In this document: positions 12,404 to 23,260 of the stretch, one piece after another
Layout of the letters: each line of letters opens with the position of its first letter
Numbering within the stretch: the stretch's first letter is position 1
DNA from: Selaginella moellendorffii
Lineage: Eukaryota; Plantae; Lycopodiophyta
Reading direction: 5' to 3'
Assembly: GCF_000143415.4 (NCBI RefSeq)
Contig: NW_003314359.1
Coordinates: 95,477-159,476 of the forward strand
DNA: 64,000 nucleotides
The notes under the pieces: model-generated
What the model saw: the letters and a program-made list of their open reading frames with translations, nothing else
Told to the model about the DNA's origin: nothing
Database searches by the model: none
Program-made: the position numbers and the translations under genes

Positions 12404-14540
12404 CTCTTTAGCCGTCGGCCCCTTGGCGGCGTGAGCTGGATTAACTTCCTGAGCCGCCAAGCCCGCGATGAGATTAACGACTTCCTCGGAACTCGTATCT
12501 GATCTGATCCGTCACCCCATCCTCGGAGTCCACTGTGATCGCAAGCGGGACATGTGTCGATCTTGCCTGCGAGCACCGCTTCCCTGAGAGCTCGAAGCGA
12601 TCTCGTCGATCTTCAGGTTTTGGAAGACCATGAGCGACCAGAAGAGGAAAACGGAAGACGTTGAGCTGCCTGTCGACTCCACCGCGCGTGTTGAAGCAGT
12701 TCTCGAAGAGGCAGTAAATGATGTGGCCAATGCTTGTCAGCATTGCAAATGTGAATTGGTGCCTCACCATTGGAATCCAACCTCGTTTGCATCTCCAGAG
12801 CTATTACGAATGGCCAGCTCAGGTAAAGGAACTAAAAAAAGGTAATGCCAGCTTCTGGGTTGCCTTGAAAGAAACACCAATCTCCTTCCTGTTTGGAGGA
12901 AACAAACATGTGAAGTTCATATAATCAGCTTCCTTGACCAGTCATAGCCTACCCTTACGACAACAGGCTCTTGCTAGCTGCCTGCAGAGACACAAAAAAA
13001 TAACTAAGAGGAAGAAAAGCCTAAGCATCAGCAAGACCGACACATTCTATCCATCCATAAGAGGGCGGTTCTTGTCAATGCCCAGAGCAGTCACAAGTAT
13101 GTTCGTCTGAGGGATCCTTCAAGCTAATGCTCCTCTCTAGCTCAAGGTCTGCAATGCTCTTGTCCATGAAAAAACTCTCTCTGCAAGAGTGAACTTGCGA
13201 ACCTTTAGCAGGCCTTGCCAGAGGACCAATCTAAAATATCATGTGTCAGCTCATACATGAAACCAAACACTCAACCGGATCATCCAACCAGTAAAGCAAC
13301 GGGCGTGTGTACGTAAGGCTGGACATAGTCACCCATTGGATTTAATAATTGCATTAAATGTGGCGTCCATACCAATGCCTGGCCAATTTGAGCTGCACCA
13401 AAAGGTAGCTTGCCACCATTATAATAGTTGACATCCCAGAAAAGAAAAGATCATCCAGATCAATACAAAAAGAAGAAAGAAACGATTACCTTTGAGTGGG
13501 ACCAATCGGTTTACCAAACTGATCAGACAAGTCATTCTTTGTGTCTGGAGCCCGTACTCTTTAATCTTTGGACCAAGCTCCTTGGCACTTAAGTCGTCCA
13601 GAGATGCGAGAGTTCGAGTATAGTCGTCTCATGCGAGGATCCTTTTCCAGAGATGAAATCCTTGAGGACGTAGTCGGCTCTAATTGACGTCCCTGACCAT
13701 CAAGTCTGTGAACTTACCAACGTGGCCAGAGGCTTTTATAACCGCCTCGGGGTGGTAGTCTACTTCGAGACGATCATCGACGAAAAGAACAAACAAAGAA
13801 TGTGAGAATGAAAAGTCCTTCTGGAAGAACGTACCTAAGCTCAAATCGTTGGCCTTTACAGCGCAGCCGGCGAACAATCCCGCAGCACCGCTCCTGTTGT
13901 GATGTGAAAAGGGATGGACATACCACTCATGAGCTCGTTCATTGTGTTCGTCAAGGGACATGACTCAGGACATGCCACGTCAGCTGATCGAGACTGACAT
14001 CTCGACACTCCCACTCTGGATGGACTACCCCTCCCACTCAGCCGAAACAGATGGAGAGCAGACTCCCAGTGCAGCGCGATGGCATACAAAGGAGTCTCGA
14101 GCTAAAGCCTTCGTGAGTACATCAGCCACCATTGCCTCGGTGGGGCAATATTCCAGCAACGACTTTCCATTTTGGACTTGTTCCCGCACGTAGTGGAAAC
14201 GAATCTCGATGTGTTTCGTCCGAGAATGGAAGCGAGGATTGGCGGCCAGTGCCAGTGCTGATATCTCGACAGCTCCACATTCGTGCCAGCCTCCTGGAAT
14301 CTCTTGCCACTTGTCTGGGAAGAGGTGCCGCTCGTCTCATCCTGGCCTTCCTGATCGTTTGATGTCCCAGGAACAGGAAAGACGCGGCCTCGACCTACTG
14401 GAGATTGAACTTGTGATCGATCTCCTCCTTCGGCCCCCTCCTCCTGCCCTGCGGATTGACGAGAGCTTGTTGCTACCAAATCTAGCCTACATCCCGCTTA
14501 AACCTTCGCATTGCCGGTTTATCTACTCGCGCGTTTAATA
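12404..14540 (-). pseudogene. Glycyl-tRNA synthetase pseudogene (intron-retaining duplicate with many short deletions)
   Basis: Colinear with the intact gene at 17350-19857 (e.g. [37 protein letters not shown]) but frameshifted, deleted and interrupted by a Copia remnant. Confidence 0.92.
13895..14271 (-). mobile_element. Internally deleted Ty1/Copia element (5' LTR stub, RNase H C-terminus, PPT, 113-bp 3' LTR)
   Basis: Minus strand encodes SALALAANPRFHSRTKHIEIRFHYVREQV...MVADVLTKAL (Copia RNase H end). The 3' LTR runs TGTCGAGATGTCAG...CACAACA (14007-13895) and the other end begins TGTCGAGATATCAG. Perfect 5-bp TSD GCTCC at 13890-13894 and 14272-14276. Confidence 0.9.
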
Positions 14541-14748
14541 CTCTATGCCGCAGTTCGCCGGCTGAGTGCATGCTTATACCGCGCGGGGATCATCCAATTC
14601 CAATTTATTCTACTCAAATTGTATCATAGCCTTGGTGCTTGTCCTGTCCAAGGAAATAAAGCTTCCTCACTGACGCTATGGGGCGGTAGAAATTCGTGGC
14701 CGGGGCTGTGGCGGAAGTCCTTGGAAAGATGCTGCGACACAGCAGGTG

Positions 14749-15360
14749 ATGTAGCTTTTGGACTTTCGATCTAGCTTTTTAGCTATTTTGTGCAGGATTT
14801 TGCTCATTGCGCTCATCTTTGGTTGTGTTCTTGGAAACGGCGACGATACTTGGTTTTCTCTTGAATGTGTTGCGTCCACGACTCTCCGAGTGACCGCTTT
14901 TCCGAATGGACATACCGTTCGCCTGCGTCCGGATGACGGCTCTTGGAATCAGCAATGGAATGCCACTTACGATGACAGATTCCCTGGTGCTTACTCCCTT
15001 ATAAACCGTGCAACTGGATTGGCGCTATTTCACACGGACGTAGCCATGGATGAGGTGGCTCTTTATTTCAATTTGCTCCCAAATCTCTCTGAACATTGTC
15101 TTTTTTTTCTTTTTTCTTTCCAGGTTTATCAGGAAAAAAACGAGCTGGCTGCAGCAGCATTGTGGGTGGATCAGCCATTCCAAGGCTCACAGCTGTGGAG
15201 GACAATCGAACCATATTCTCAGCAAGGCATGGTGCTGGATGCCTTTCGTCCTCACCACAAGGATCATCTGGTTGATGGTAACGAGGTTATTATTTTCCCG
15301 AGAGCGCCTGAAAAATATATGCAAAATCAAGTATGGAAGCGAAACGTAGTAAACTCGTAA
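14749..15360 (+). CDS. Ricin-B/Euonymus (EUL)-type lectin with signal-peptide-like N-terminus; possibly pseudogenised
   Basis: QxW motifs (NQQW, NQVW), YSLINRATGLAL and VLDAF...DGNEV. Hydrophobic N-terminus; probable 69-bp intron 15055-15123. The in-frame ATG at 14749 is followed immediately by TAG. Confidence 0.7.
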
Positions 15361-15470
15361 CTAAGGTCTTCCAGAAGTCCACCGTACACTCACAGTTCAT
15401 GCTGTCTGTCCTACGTATGGCTCCGTTCGAGTTTTCTTCTTTCTCAGGCCCTCTCATCACTCAATCTACA

Positions 15471-16941
15471 ATGACGATTGTGCGCTCATCCTCACTCCTC
15501 CTCCTCTTCGCGATTTTCCTCCTCTCCAGCGTCAGCGAGCTCCAAGATCTCCTCTTCTACTCGAGGTCCGCGCGCTTGCTCCACAAATCCGCGGCGCTCC
15601 ATTGCTCCGCCGGCGATGGTCCCAGCGATCGCGGGCGGCCTCCAGGATCGCGCAACAGCAGCGCCGGCGTCGCATTGTGCCCACGATATTTCGCGCGGAT
15701 TCACGAGCACCTGGCCCCATGGCGATCGACAGGGATCACGAGGCGGAGCCTGGATCGCCTGGGGTCAATGCGCGTCGCCATCCTCCGCAGCGACATGTAC
15801 GTTAGTGCGTACGGCGATTGCCCGCAGAGCCGCCGCGCCTTCTCGCTATGGGGCTTGCTCTTGATGTTGGAAAGATTTGGCGATCGCGTCCCGGACGTGG
15901 AGTTTGTCCTGAATTGTAAGGATCGGCCCATCGTGCCCAGGGATGGATCCGAAGTTCCTGCCCCTGTTCTCAGCTATTGCAGCCATCGCTTGAGCTTGGA
16001 CATCCCTTTTCCCGATTATTCTTTCTGGGGATGGTAACCATGCATTTTTTAAAATTTCTTTTCTCCTTTTAAGTGTGTCTGTTTAGGCCGGAGGTAAACA
16101 TTCGTCCGTGGGAGGAAGAATCGCAGGAAATATTTCAGGGATCCCAAGGCGTTGAATGGAGTAATAGGCAACCTTTTGCATTTTGGAAAGGTAATTTAAG
16201 AATGGGGAAGTTAAGAACCCTTTTAGCTCGGTGCAACTCCACCAAATTTGGCACGCTTGTCCTGGATCAAGTAAGCATTTTCTTACTTTCTTACTTACGG
16301 TGTCCAATACTGCCTTGTAGAATTGGATTGATGAAGCCAACATTGGATACGAAAATTCCAACTTATGCAAACAGTGCAATCAAAGGTAGAATTATAGTTC
16401 GCTACATTTGAAAGCTCTTGTAATGCTCTTTCCACGTCCAGGTACAATATCTACGCCGAGGGAGCAGCATGGTCGGCGAGTCTCAAGTATAAAATGGCTT
16501 GTGGCTCCACTTTGCTCTACTTGGACTCAGAGTACGATGAGTTCTTCACCAAAGGTTTGCTCCCAAACATCCACTTTCTGCCAATCTCTTCAAAGGAGGA
16601 CATGTGCCAATCTCTAAAAAATGCGGTAGAGTGGGGAAACTCCCATGCCCAGCAGGTATTTCAACATGAGAAGCTTTTGGCATTGCCTTCATTCGGGATT
16701 TTGCCAGGCCCAGAATATTGGGAGAACTGGACAGGATTTCATACGAGAGCAAGTAAACATAGATCAAGTATACAACTACATGTTTCACCTTCTACTGGAG
16801 TATTCGAAACTGCAGAAATACACGCCAAAAATACCCAAGGGAGGTCAGGTTTTCTGTAAAAGAGCAATCCAACACGTTGCAGACTATTCTAGCAAACATC
16901 TGGAAAGAGTCAAAGACTCTGAACCATGTAGGCTGACTTAA
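15471..16941 (+). CDS. GT90/CAP10-like glycosyltransferase, copy b (5 exons)
   Basis: TM anchor, CPRYFARIHEHLAPW, VPDVEFVLNCKDRP, FPDYSFWGW|PEVNIRPW, FWKGN, AEGAAWSASLKYKMACGS, YMFHLLLEYSKLQ. GT-AG introns; reading frame appears intact. Confidence 0.88.
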
Positions 16942-16956
16942 TGAAAATGGAAGACA

Positions 16957-17072
16957 TTCTCAATTGTAGAAAAAAGGGGTGAAATGTTATCTCTCACGCT
17001 GCGGACGAAGACGAGCTTGGCCTTGATGTACATGAGCTGCGGGAACTCCTCGTCCAGGTGTCGAGCTCGCTC
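16957..17072 (-). pseudogene. Inverted, deletion-riddled remnant of the RHM 3' end and 3' UTR
   Basis: The reverse complement reads CGAGCTCGACACC..GAGGAGTTCCCGCAGCTCATG.ACATCAAGG..CAAGCTCGTCTTCGTCC..GTGAGAGA..TTTCACCCC..TACAATTGAGAA, matching ~23024-23186. Confidence 0.8.
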
Positions 17073-17349
17073 CGCCCCAACTCAAAGTCGCAGCTTGGAG
17101 GTCGGGTGTTGATCCAAGTCCCAAAGAGTAGAAAAAGAAAACATCACTTTGAAGATGCTTGAGGAAGAGCATGGCTTGCATGAAAACTCATCCTTGGAAC
17201 GAGTTCCTCAAGAGTCCACATACAGCCCGGGGAACCTTTTGTAGGAACGCTTCCATCCTCAGGATCTCCTATAAACAATTGCGGGATATTTCTAAGTAGC
17301 GGAAGATCGACCTTCTGTGGCATTGCAATCACGCTCTCTTTAATTCTTT

Positions 17350-19857
17350 TTACTCGTCGGATTCATCCGAGGCCTTGGCGGCCACGTGAGCCGGATAAAC
17401 TCCCTGGACTTCTTTCCAGCTCCTCTTTCCAGCCGACATGTCCGCGATGAGATCAACGACTTCCTCGAGTGGAACTCGTATCTGATCCTTGGAGTCCCTG
17501 TCCCTCACCGTCACCCCATCCTCGGAGTCCACTGTGATCGCAAACGGGACGCCGATCTCGTCCGTCCTAGCATATCTTCTGCCAATGGACCTGCCGGTGG
17601 TGTCGATCTTGTTTGCGATCCCCGCTTCTCTGAGCTTTGCAGAGATGGCCCGAGCGATCTCGTCGAGCTTCGGGTTTTGCACCAGCGGAAAGACCGTGCA
17701 CTTGACGGGGGCGACCAGCGCAGGGAAACGGAAGACGTTGAGCTGGCCGTCGACTCCGCCACGCGTGTCGAAACAGTGCTCGAAGAGGCAGTAGATAATG
17801 CGGCCAATGCCGAAGGAAGGCTCGATCACAGACGGCGTGAACTTCTCTTTGCTCTTCTTCGTCACCTGTTTGTTAAAAGTAACCATCCCTTTCTTGATGG
17901 TGAACGTCTTGTCGGCATTGCAAATGTGAAGTGGTGCCTCGCCATCGGATTCCAATTTCTTTTGCATCTCCAGAGCCTCTTCATTGTTAAGTTCCTAGAC
18001 GAATGGCCAGCTCAAGTAAGGAAAACTTAAACAATAGTATACCTGTAATGCTTCCAGCACCAGTTTCTGGTTTGCCTTGAAAGCAACACCAATCTCCTTC
18101 CTGTTTGGAACAGCAGCAAATTCCTGGAAACAAACATGTGAAGTTGATACAATCAGTTTCCTCTATCAGTCGTACCTCTACGACAACAGGCTCGGGTAAA
18201 TCCCGTGAAGCCACGAGGTTGCTTTTGCTAGCTGTCTGTACAGACATAGAAAGAAATAAAGACGACAACTAAGAGGAATAAAAGGGAGAACAGCTTACCG
18301 AGTGCGCTTTCAAGTCGTAAGCAGATCTATCCGCAAGACCAACACATTCTATCCATCCGTAAGAGCACTCAATCTCAGCGTCCCAGCAATCCGCGGCATA
18401 GTGCGCCATCTCGTTGGCAAGGTGCTGTCTAAACCGAAGCCGGTTCTTGTTGATGCCCAGAGCAGTCAAGAACAAGTATGTTCGTCCAATGTAGTAGCCC
18501 AGCGTCTCATTGTTGATAACTTTCTGTGCCACGGCGTGCCCGAGGCGCACCTTGACTGGATCCTTCAAGCTCATTTGCTCTGCTCTTGGATAGAGGAAAA
18601 ACTCAAGGTCTGCAACGCTTGCGAACTTTGGATGTGACTTGTCCGCGGGGTCCACGAAAAACTCTATCTCTGCGAGAGTGAACTCGCGAACCCGTAGCAA
18701 GCCTTGCCGAGGAGCAATCTACAGTATCATGCCTCAGCTCACACGTAAAGCTAAAAGTTGCGTACCTCATTTCGAAATGCCTGGCCAATTTGAGCTGCGC
18801 CAAAAGGAAGCTTGCCACCATTATAATACAAAAGCTCGTTGAAGTTGACGAAAATTCCCTGAGCAGTCTCCGGCCTCAAGTACCTGGAATGGGAAGAATA
18901 ATCTAAGTTCATTAAAAAAGGAAGCAAGAAAAAAAGCGAAACGCTTACCCTTGAAGAAGTCCAGTGGGACCAATCGGTGTACCAAACATTAAGTTGAAAG
19001 GAAACGGATCGGACAAGTCATTCTTTGTGTCTGGAGCCCGGATGCCATACTCTTTAATCTTCGCACCAAGCTCCTCGGCACTAAAGTCGTCCAGAGACGC
19101 GAGAGTTCGCGTATAGTCGTCCCGCTTCGCCGCTGGCATGCGAGGATCCTTTTCCAGAGCATCCTTGAGGAAATCCTTGAGGACATGATCGGCTCTAAAG
19201 CAGTGCCCCTCCTTGACGTCCCTGACCATCAAGTCCGTAAACTTCTCAACGTGGCCAGAGGCCCGTAGAACAGCCTCAGGGGTCAGGCAAGGGCAGTCTA
19301 CTTCGAGAAGATCATCGTTCACGACGAAATGCTGAGAAACAAGAAGTAAAAAACCAAGAATGTGAGAAAAAGAGATCTTTCCTTCTGGCAGAACATGCCT
19401 GGCGCCAGAAGCTCAAAACGTTGGCCTTCACAGCGCAGCCGGGAGGACCGTAGTCGAATAATCCGGCAACACCACCGTAAATCCCGAAAGAATTCGTGAA
19501 AAACATCCTCCTCTCCAGCGCATTCGTGACAGCCTCGCGAAATCTCTTGCCACTTGCCTGGGAGGAGGTGCCGCTCGACTCATCCTGGCTCGCTTCCTCT
19601 TTCGGTGACGCGGCCTCGAATTCCTGGAGCTTGAATTTGAGATCCTTGAGCAGCGTGACGGCGGCATCGATCTCCTCCTTTGGCGCCTTCCTCGCCTTGA
19701 GCGCCCGGACGAGATCGCCCTGCCGATTGACGAGCCCTACCAAATCTACATCCCGCTTAAACCCTAAGTTTGCGTTGGCTAGGGCTTTTGCCGAGAGATT
19801 TCTTCGATGCTGCTGAAGCAAGCGTGGAGGAGGACGAATTCTTGCCAGGAGAATCAT
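17350..19857 (-). CDS. GlyRS: Glycyl-tRNA synthetase (alpha2 type) with WHEP domain and N-terminal extension
   Basis: [22 protein letters not shown] (WHEP), [56 protein letters not shown] and [13 protein letters not shown], in about 7 exons. The first intron (19332-19398) is GC-AG. Confidence 0.96.
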
Positions 19858-20449
19858 CGCCTCCTCCACCGCGTGCGCCGCCTCGCCACTGGCAATGCCG
19901 GCCCGGAGGACGCGATAAGCGCGGACAGAGAAACCCTCAAATCTGGGGCCAGGTTTACTGCTACCCGCGCGTTTAGCCAGGATGATCTAGCGCAATATTC
20001 CGCCCTCTCTGGCGATAGCAATCCCATCCACACGCAGCGATCGTCCGCCCAGGCCGCCGGCTTCGCTGGCGGCTGCGTCGTCCATGGGATGCTCACCGCG
20101 GGGCTCTTCCCAGCGATCATCGGCTCCAATTTCGTAAGGATTTCTCTCGAATCTCTGGAATTCTCCTTGAACTCTGTCCAGCCAGGCGCGATCTACGTCT
20201 CCCAGACGCTGAAGTTCCAGCAGCCGGCATTCGCAGGAGACGATCTTGTGGCGCAAGTCACTGTCCTGGATTGCGTGAGGATCAAGCGACACTACAAGTA
20301 AGATGCTCCAACCGACAAAGTCTTAGATCCATCGAATCCGCGTGATTTCACGATCTTCCAGGGTGACTTTCGCGACATCTTGCTTCAAATGTACTACGCC
20401 AGACGCGATCGTGGTGGATGGAACTGCCGTGGCGCTCTTGCCAGGATGA
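19807..20449 (+). CDS. MaoC-like hotdog-fold dehydratase (similar to mitochondrial 3-hydroxyacyl-ACP dehydratase)
   Basis: Hydratase-2 motif YSALSGDSNPIH...GCVVHGML and PGAIYVSQTLKF. Exons 19807-20133, 20182-20297, 20362-20449; Arg-rich presequence-like N-terminus. Confidence 0.88.
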
Positions 20450-21031
20450 AGAAGAGGAGAAAAAAGAGAGACAAAGGGACAAGAAAGCGTTTCTCCCAGT
20501 TTTCGAACCCGGGTCTTTGGCGGGCAGTTATCTTTGAACGGCAGATCTCGCCGTCTATCTGGAAACGGAAGATTCCGTCGACACATTTTCTAGCTCTGTG
20601 CATGCCAAGAAAGGAATATGCGTCGCTCGGCTATAACGGCGTCGAACTTCACATAAGCTCTTACCCGCCCTAATTTGTTCTCGGTCTCCTCTCTCTCACT
20701 CCGGCTATGGCGATCGCATTGTGGACGGCATTGGCGTGATCTCTTACGCGAGCTCCAGATCAAGGCGCAGCTCCCGCCTCCCGATCGATCGATCGCTGGT
20801 CCTCAGCTTAGGTACGTAATCTCCCTTTTCTCTTTCCGATCTCCAGGTTATCGTGGTGGATTTGTGTGCTCTCTCTCTCTCGAAATATCTTCTGATTGCT
20901 TGAATCTCTCTCCCTCTGCGCTCTTTCCTGACCGCTGGCAGCCGGCTCGTCTCTTCCTCGTCGCTGCTTTGTCGAAATTTCATGCCTGGAGCTGAGAAAA
21001 TCTGATATTTCGTCCAGATCTCCCCACAGCC

Positions 21032-23135
21032 ATGACGGCCGGCGCGGATCGGTGCAATGGCGACTCCCACTACACGCCGCGCAACATCCTCATCACCGGC
21101 GCCGCGGGCTTCATCGCTTCTCACGTCGCCAACAGGCTGGTCCGGAGCTACCCGGGCTACAAGATCGTGGTTCTGGACAAGCTTGACTACTGCTCCAACC
21201 TCAAGAACCTTTACCAGTCCAAGGAGAGCGCCAACTTCAAGTTCGTCAAGGGCGACATCGCGAGCGCGGATCTCGTGAACTACCTGCTGATCACCGAGGG
21301 GATCGACACCATCATGCACTTCGCGGCGCAGACCCACGTCGACAACTCGTTCGGCAACAGCCTCGAGTTCACTAAGAACAACATCTACGGCACTCACGTC
21401 CTGCTCGAAGCGTGCAAGGTTGCCGGCACCATCCGCCGCTTCATTCACGTGAGCACGGACGAGGTGTATGGCGAGACCGAGGCCGACGCCATTGTGGGCA
21501 ACCACGAGGCGTCACAGCTGCTGCCCACGAATCCTTACTCGGCGACCAAGGCTGGAGCCGAGATGCTGGTCATGGCTTACGGCAGATCTTACGGCCTCCC
21601 CTTCATCACCACACGGGGGAACAACGTCTATGGCCCCAACCAGTTCCCGGAGAAGCTCATTCCAAAGTTCATCCTCCTGGCGATGCAAGGCCGGCCGCTT
21701 CCCATCCACGGCGACGGGAGCAACGTTCGCAGCTATCTCTATGCTGAGGACGTGGCCGAGGCCTTTGAGGTGGTGCTTCACAAGGGAGAGGTTGGTCACG
21801 TATACAACATTGGGACGAAGAAGGAGCGGCGGGTGCTGGACGTTGCCAAGGACATCTGCAAGCTCTTCAAGCTGGACCCGGAGGTGTGCATCCAGTTCGT
21901 GGACAACCGGCCCTTCAATGACCAGCGCTACTTCCTGGACGACAAGAAGCTCAAGGACCTCGGGTGGCGCGAGAGGACCACCTGGGACGAGGGGCTGCTC
22001 AAGACGATGCAGTGGTACACGAGTCACCCGAACTGGTGGGGTGACGTTTCTGGCGCGCTGGTCCCGCATCCCAGGATGCTCACCATGACCGGGGAGAAGC
22101 TGTCCCACGAGGACGAGGAGTCTACCGGACCTGTGGTGGGGAACATCGGGATGATTGTTCCACAAAAGGTCTCGCCTCTCAAGCCGGCGATGAAGCTACT
22201 GATATACGGGCGGACAGGCTGGATTGGTGGACTCCTGGGAAAGATCTGCGAGAGAGAAGGGATCCCGTACGAGTATGGATCCGGCAGGCTCGAGAATCGG
22301 TTGCAGCTCGAGGCGGACATCTTGACAGTGAAGCCTACACACATTTTCAACGCAGCAGGTGTGACGGGTCGGCCTAATGTGGACTGGTGCGAGAGCCACA
22401 AGGTGGAGACTATCAGAGCCAACGTTGTCGGCACACTGACCCTGGCCGACGTGTGCAAGCAGCACGGATTGCTGCTCATGAACTTTGCGACGGGCTGCAT
22501 TTTCGAGTACGATGACAGCCACCCCATCAACAGCGGCATCGGGTTCCTGGAGGATGACAAGCCCAACTTTACGGGCTCCTTCTACTCAAAGACTAAAGCA
22601 ATGGTACGTGGCTTTATTCCATTCCTTTTGTTAGGCGCTCATCTCTTCCCTGCTTTTCCTTTTCCTGAAACTTTTAAAGGTGGAGGAGCTCCTGAAATGC
22701 TACGACAACGTATGCACGCTGCGCGTGAGGATGCCCATCTCGTCCGACTTGAGCAACCCGCGCAACTTCATCACCAAGATCACGCGGTACGAGAAAGTGG
22801 TAGACATCCCCAACAGCATGACGGTGCTGGACGAGCTGCTGCCGCTGAGCATCGAGATGGCCCGGCGCAACTGCACGGGCATCTGGAACTTCACGAACCC
22901 GGGCACGGTGTCGCACAACGAGGTCCTGGAGATGTACCGCGAGTACATCGACCAGGGATTCAAGTGGTCCAACTTCACGCTGGAGGAGCAGGCCAAGGTG
23001 ATCGTGGCGCCGCGCAGCAACAACGAGCTCGACACCAAGAAGATGGAGAAGGAGTTCCCGCAGCTCATGCACATCAAGGACTCGCTCGTCAAGCTCGTCT
23101 TCGTCCCAAACAGCAGCAACGGGGACAAGAAGTGA
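21032..23135 (+). CDS. RHM: Trifunctional UDP-L-rhamnose synthase (UDP-Glc 4,6-dehydratase / 3,5-epimerase-4-reductase)
   Basis: GAAGFIASH, YSATK, GRTGWIGG, YSKTK and LRVRMPIS. Exons 21032-22603 and 22680-23135; probable 5' UTR intron ~20812-21018. Confidence 0.97.
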
Positions 23136-23260
23136 GAGAACCACCGACCATTTTTTCACCCCCTTTGTTTTTTTTACAATTGAGAAGAGAGTATACATAC
23201 GTATAATTCCATTTAATAAATTCAACCATTAGAACCCTACCAACGTTTAAAGGACAACGT

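Noticed and set aside
17073-17340. Extension of the RHM remnant across the rest of the GT90b-GlyRS gap
   Set aside because: Only faint similarities (e.g. EELVPR vs EKLIPK, MPQKV vs VPQKV), which cannot be supported by eye.
21032-23206. 724-aa single-exon RHM from the ORF track
   Set aside because: It reads through the 76-bp intron 22604-22679 into the wrong frame; the conserved C-terminus is 22680-23135.
20744-23225. Long antisense ORFs over RHM (and similarly over GlyRS, GT90 and TLP)
   Set aside because: Expected shadow ORFs of coding sequence with GC-rich third positions.
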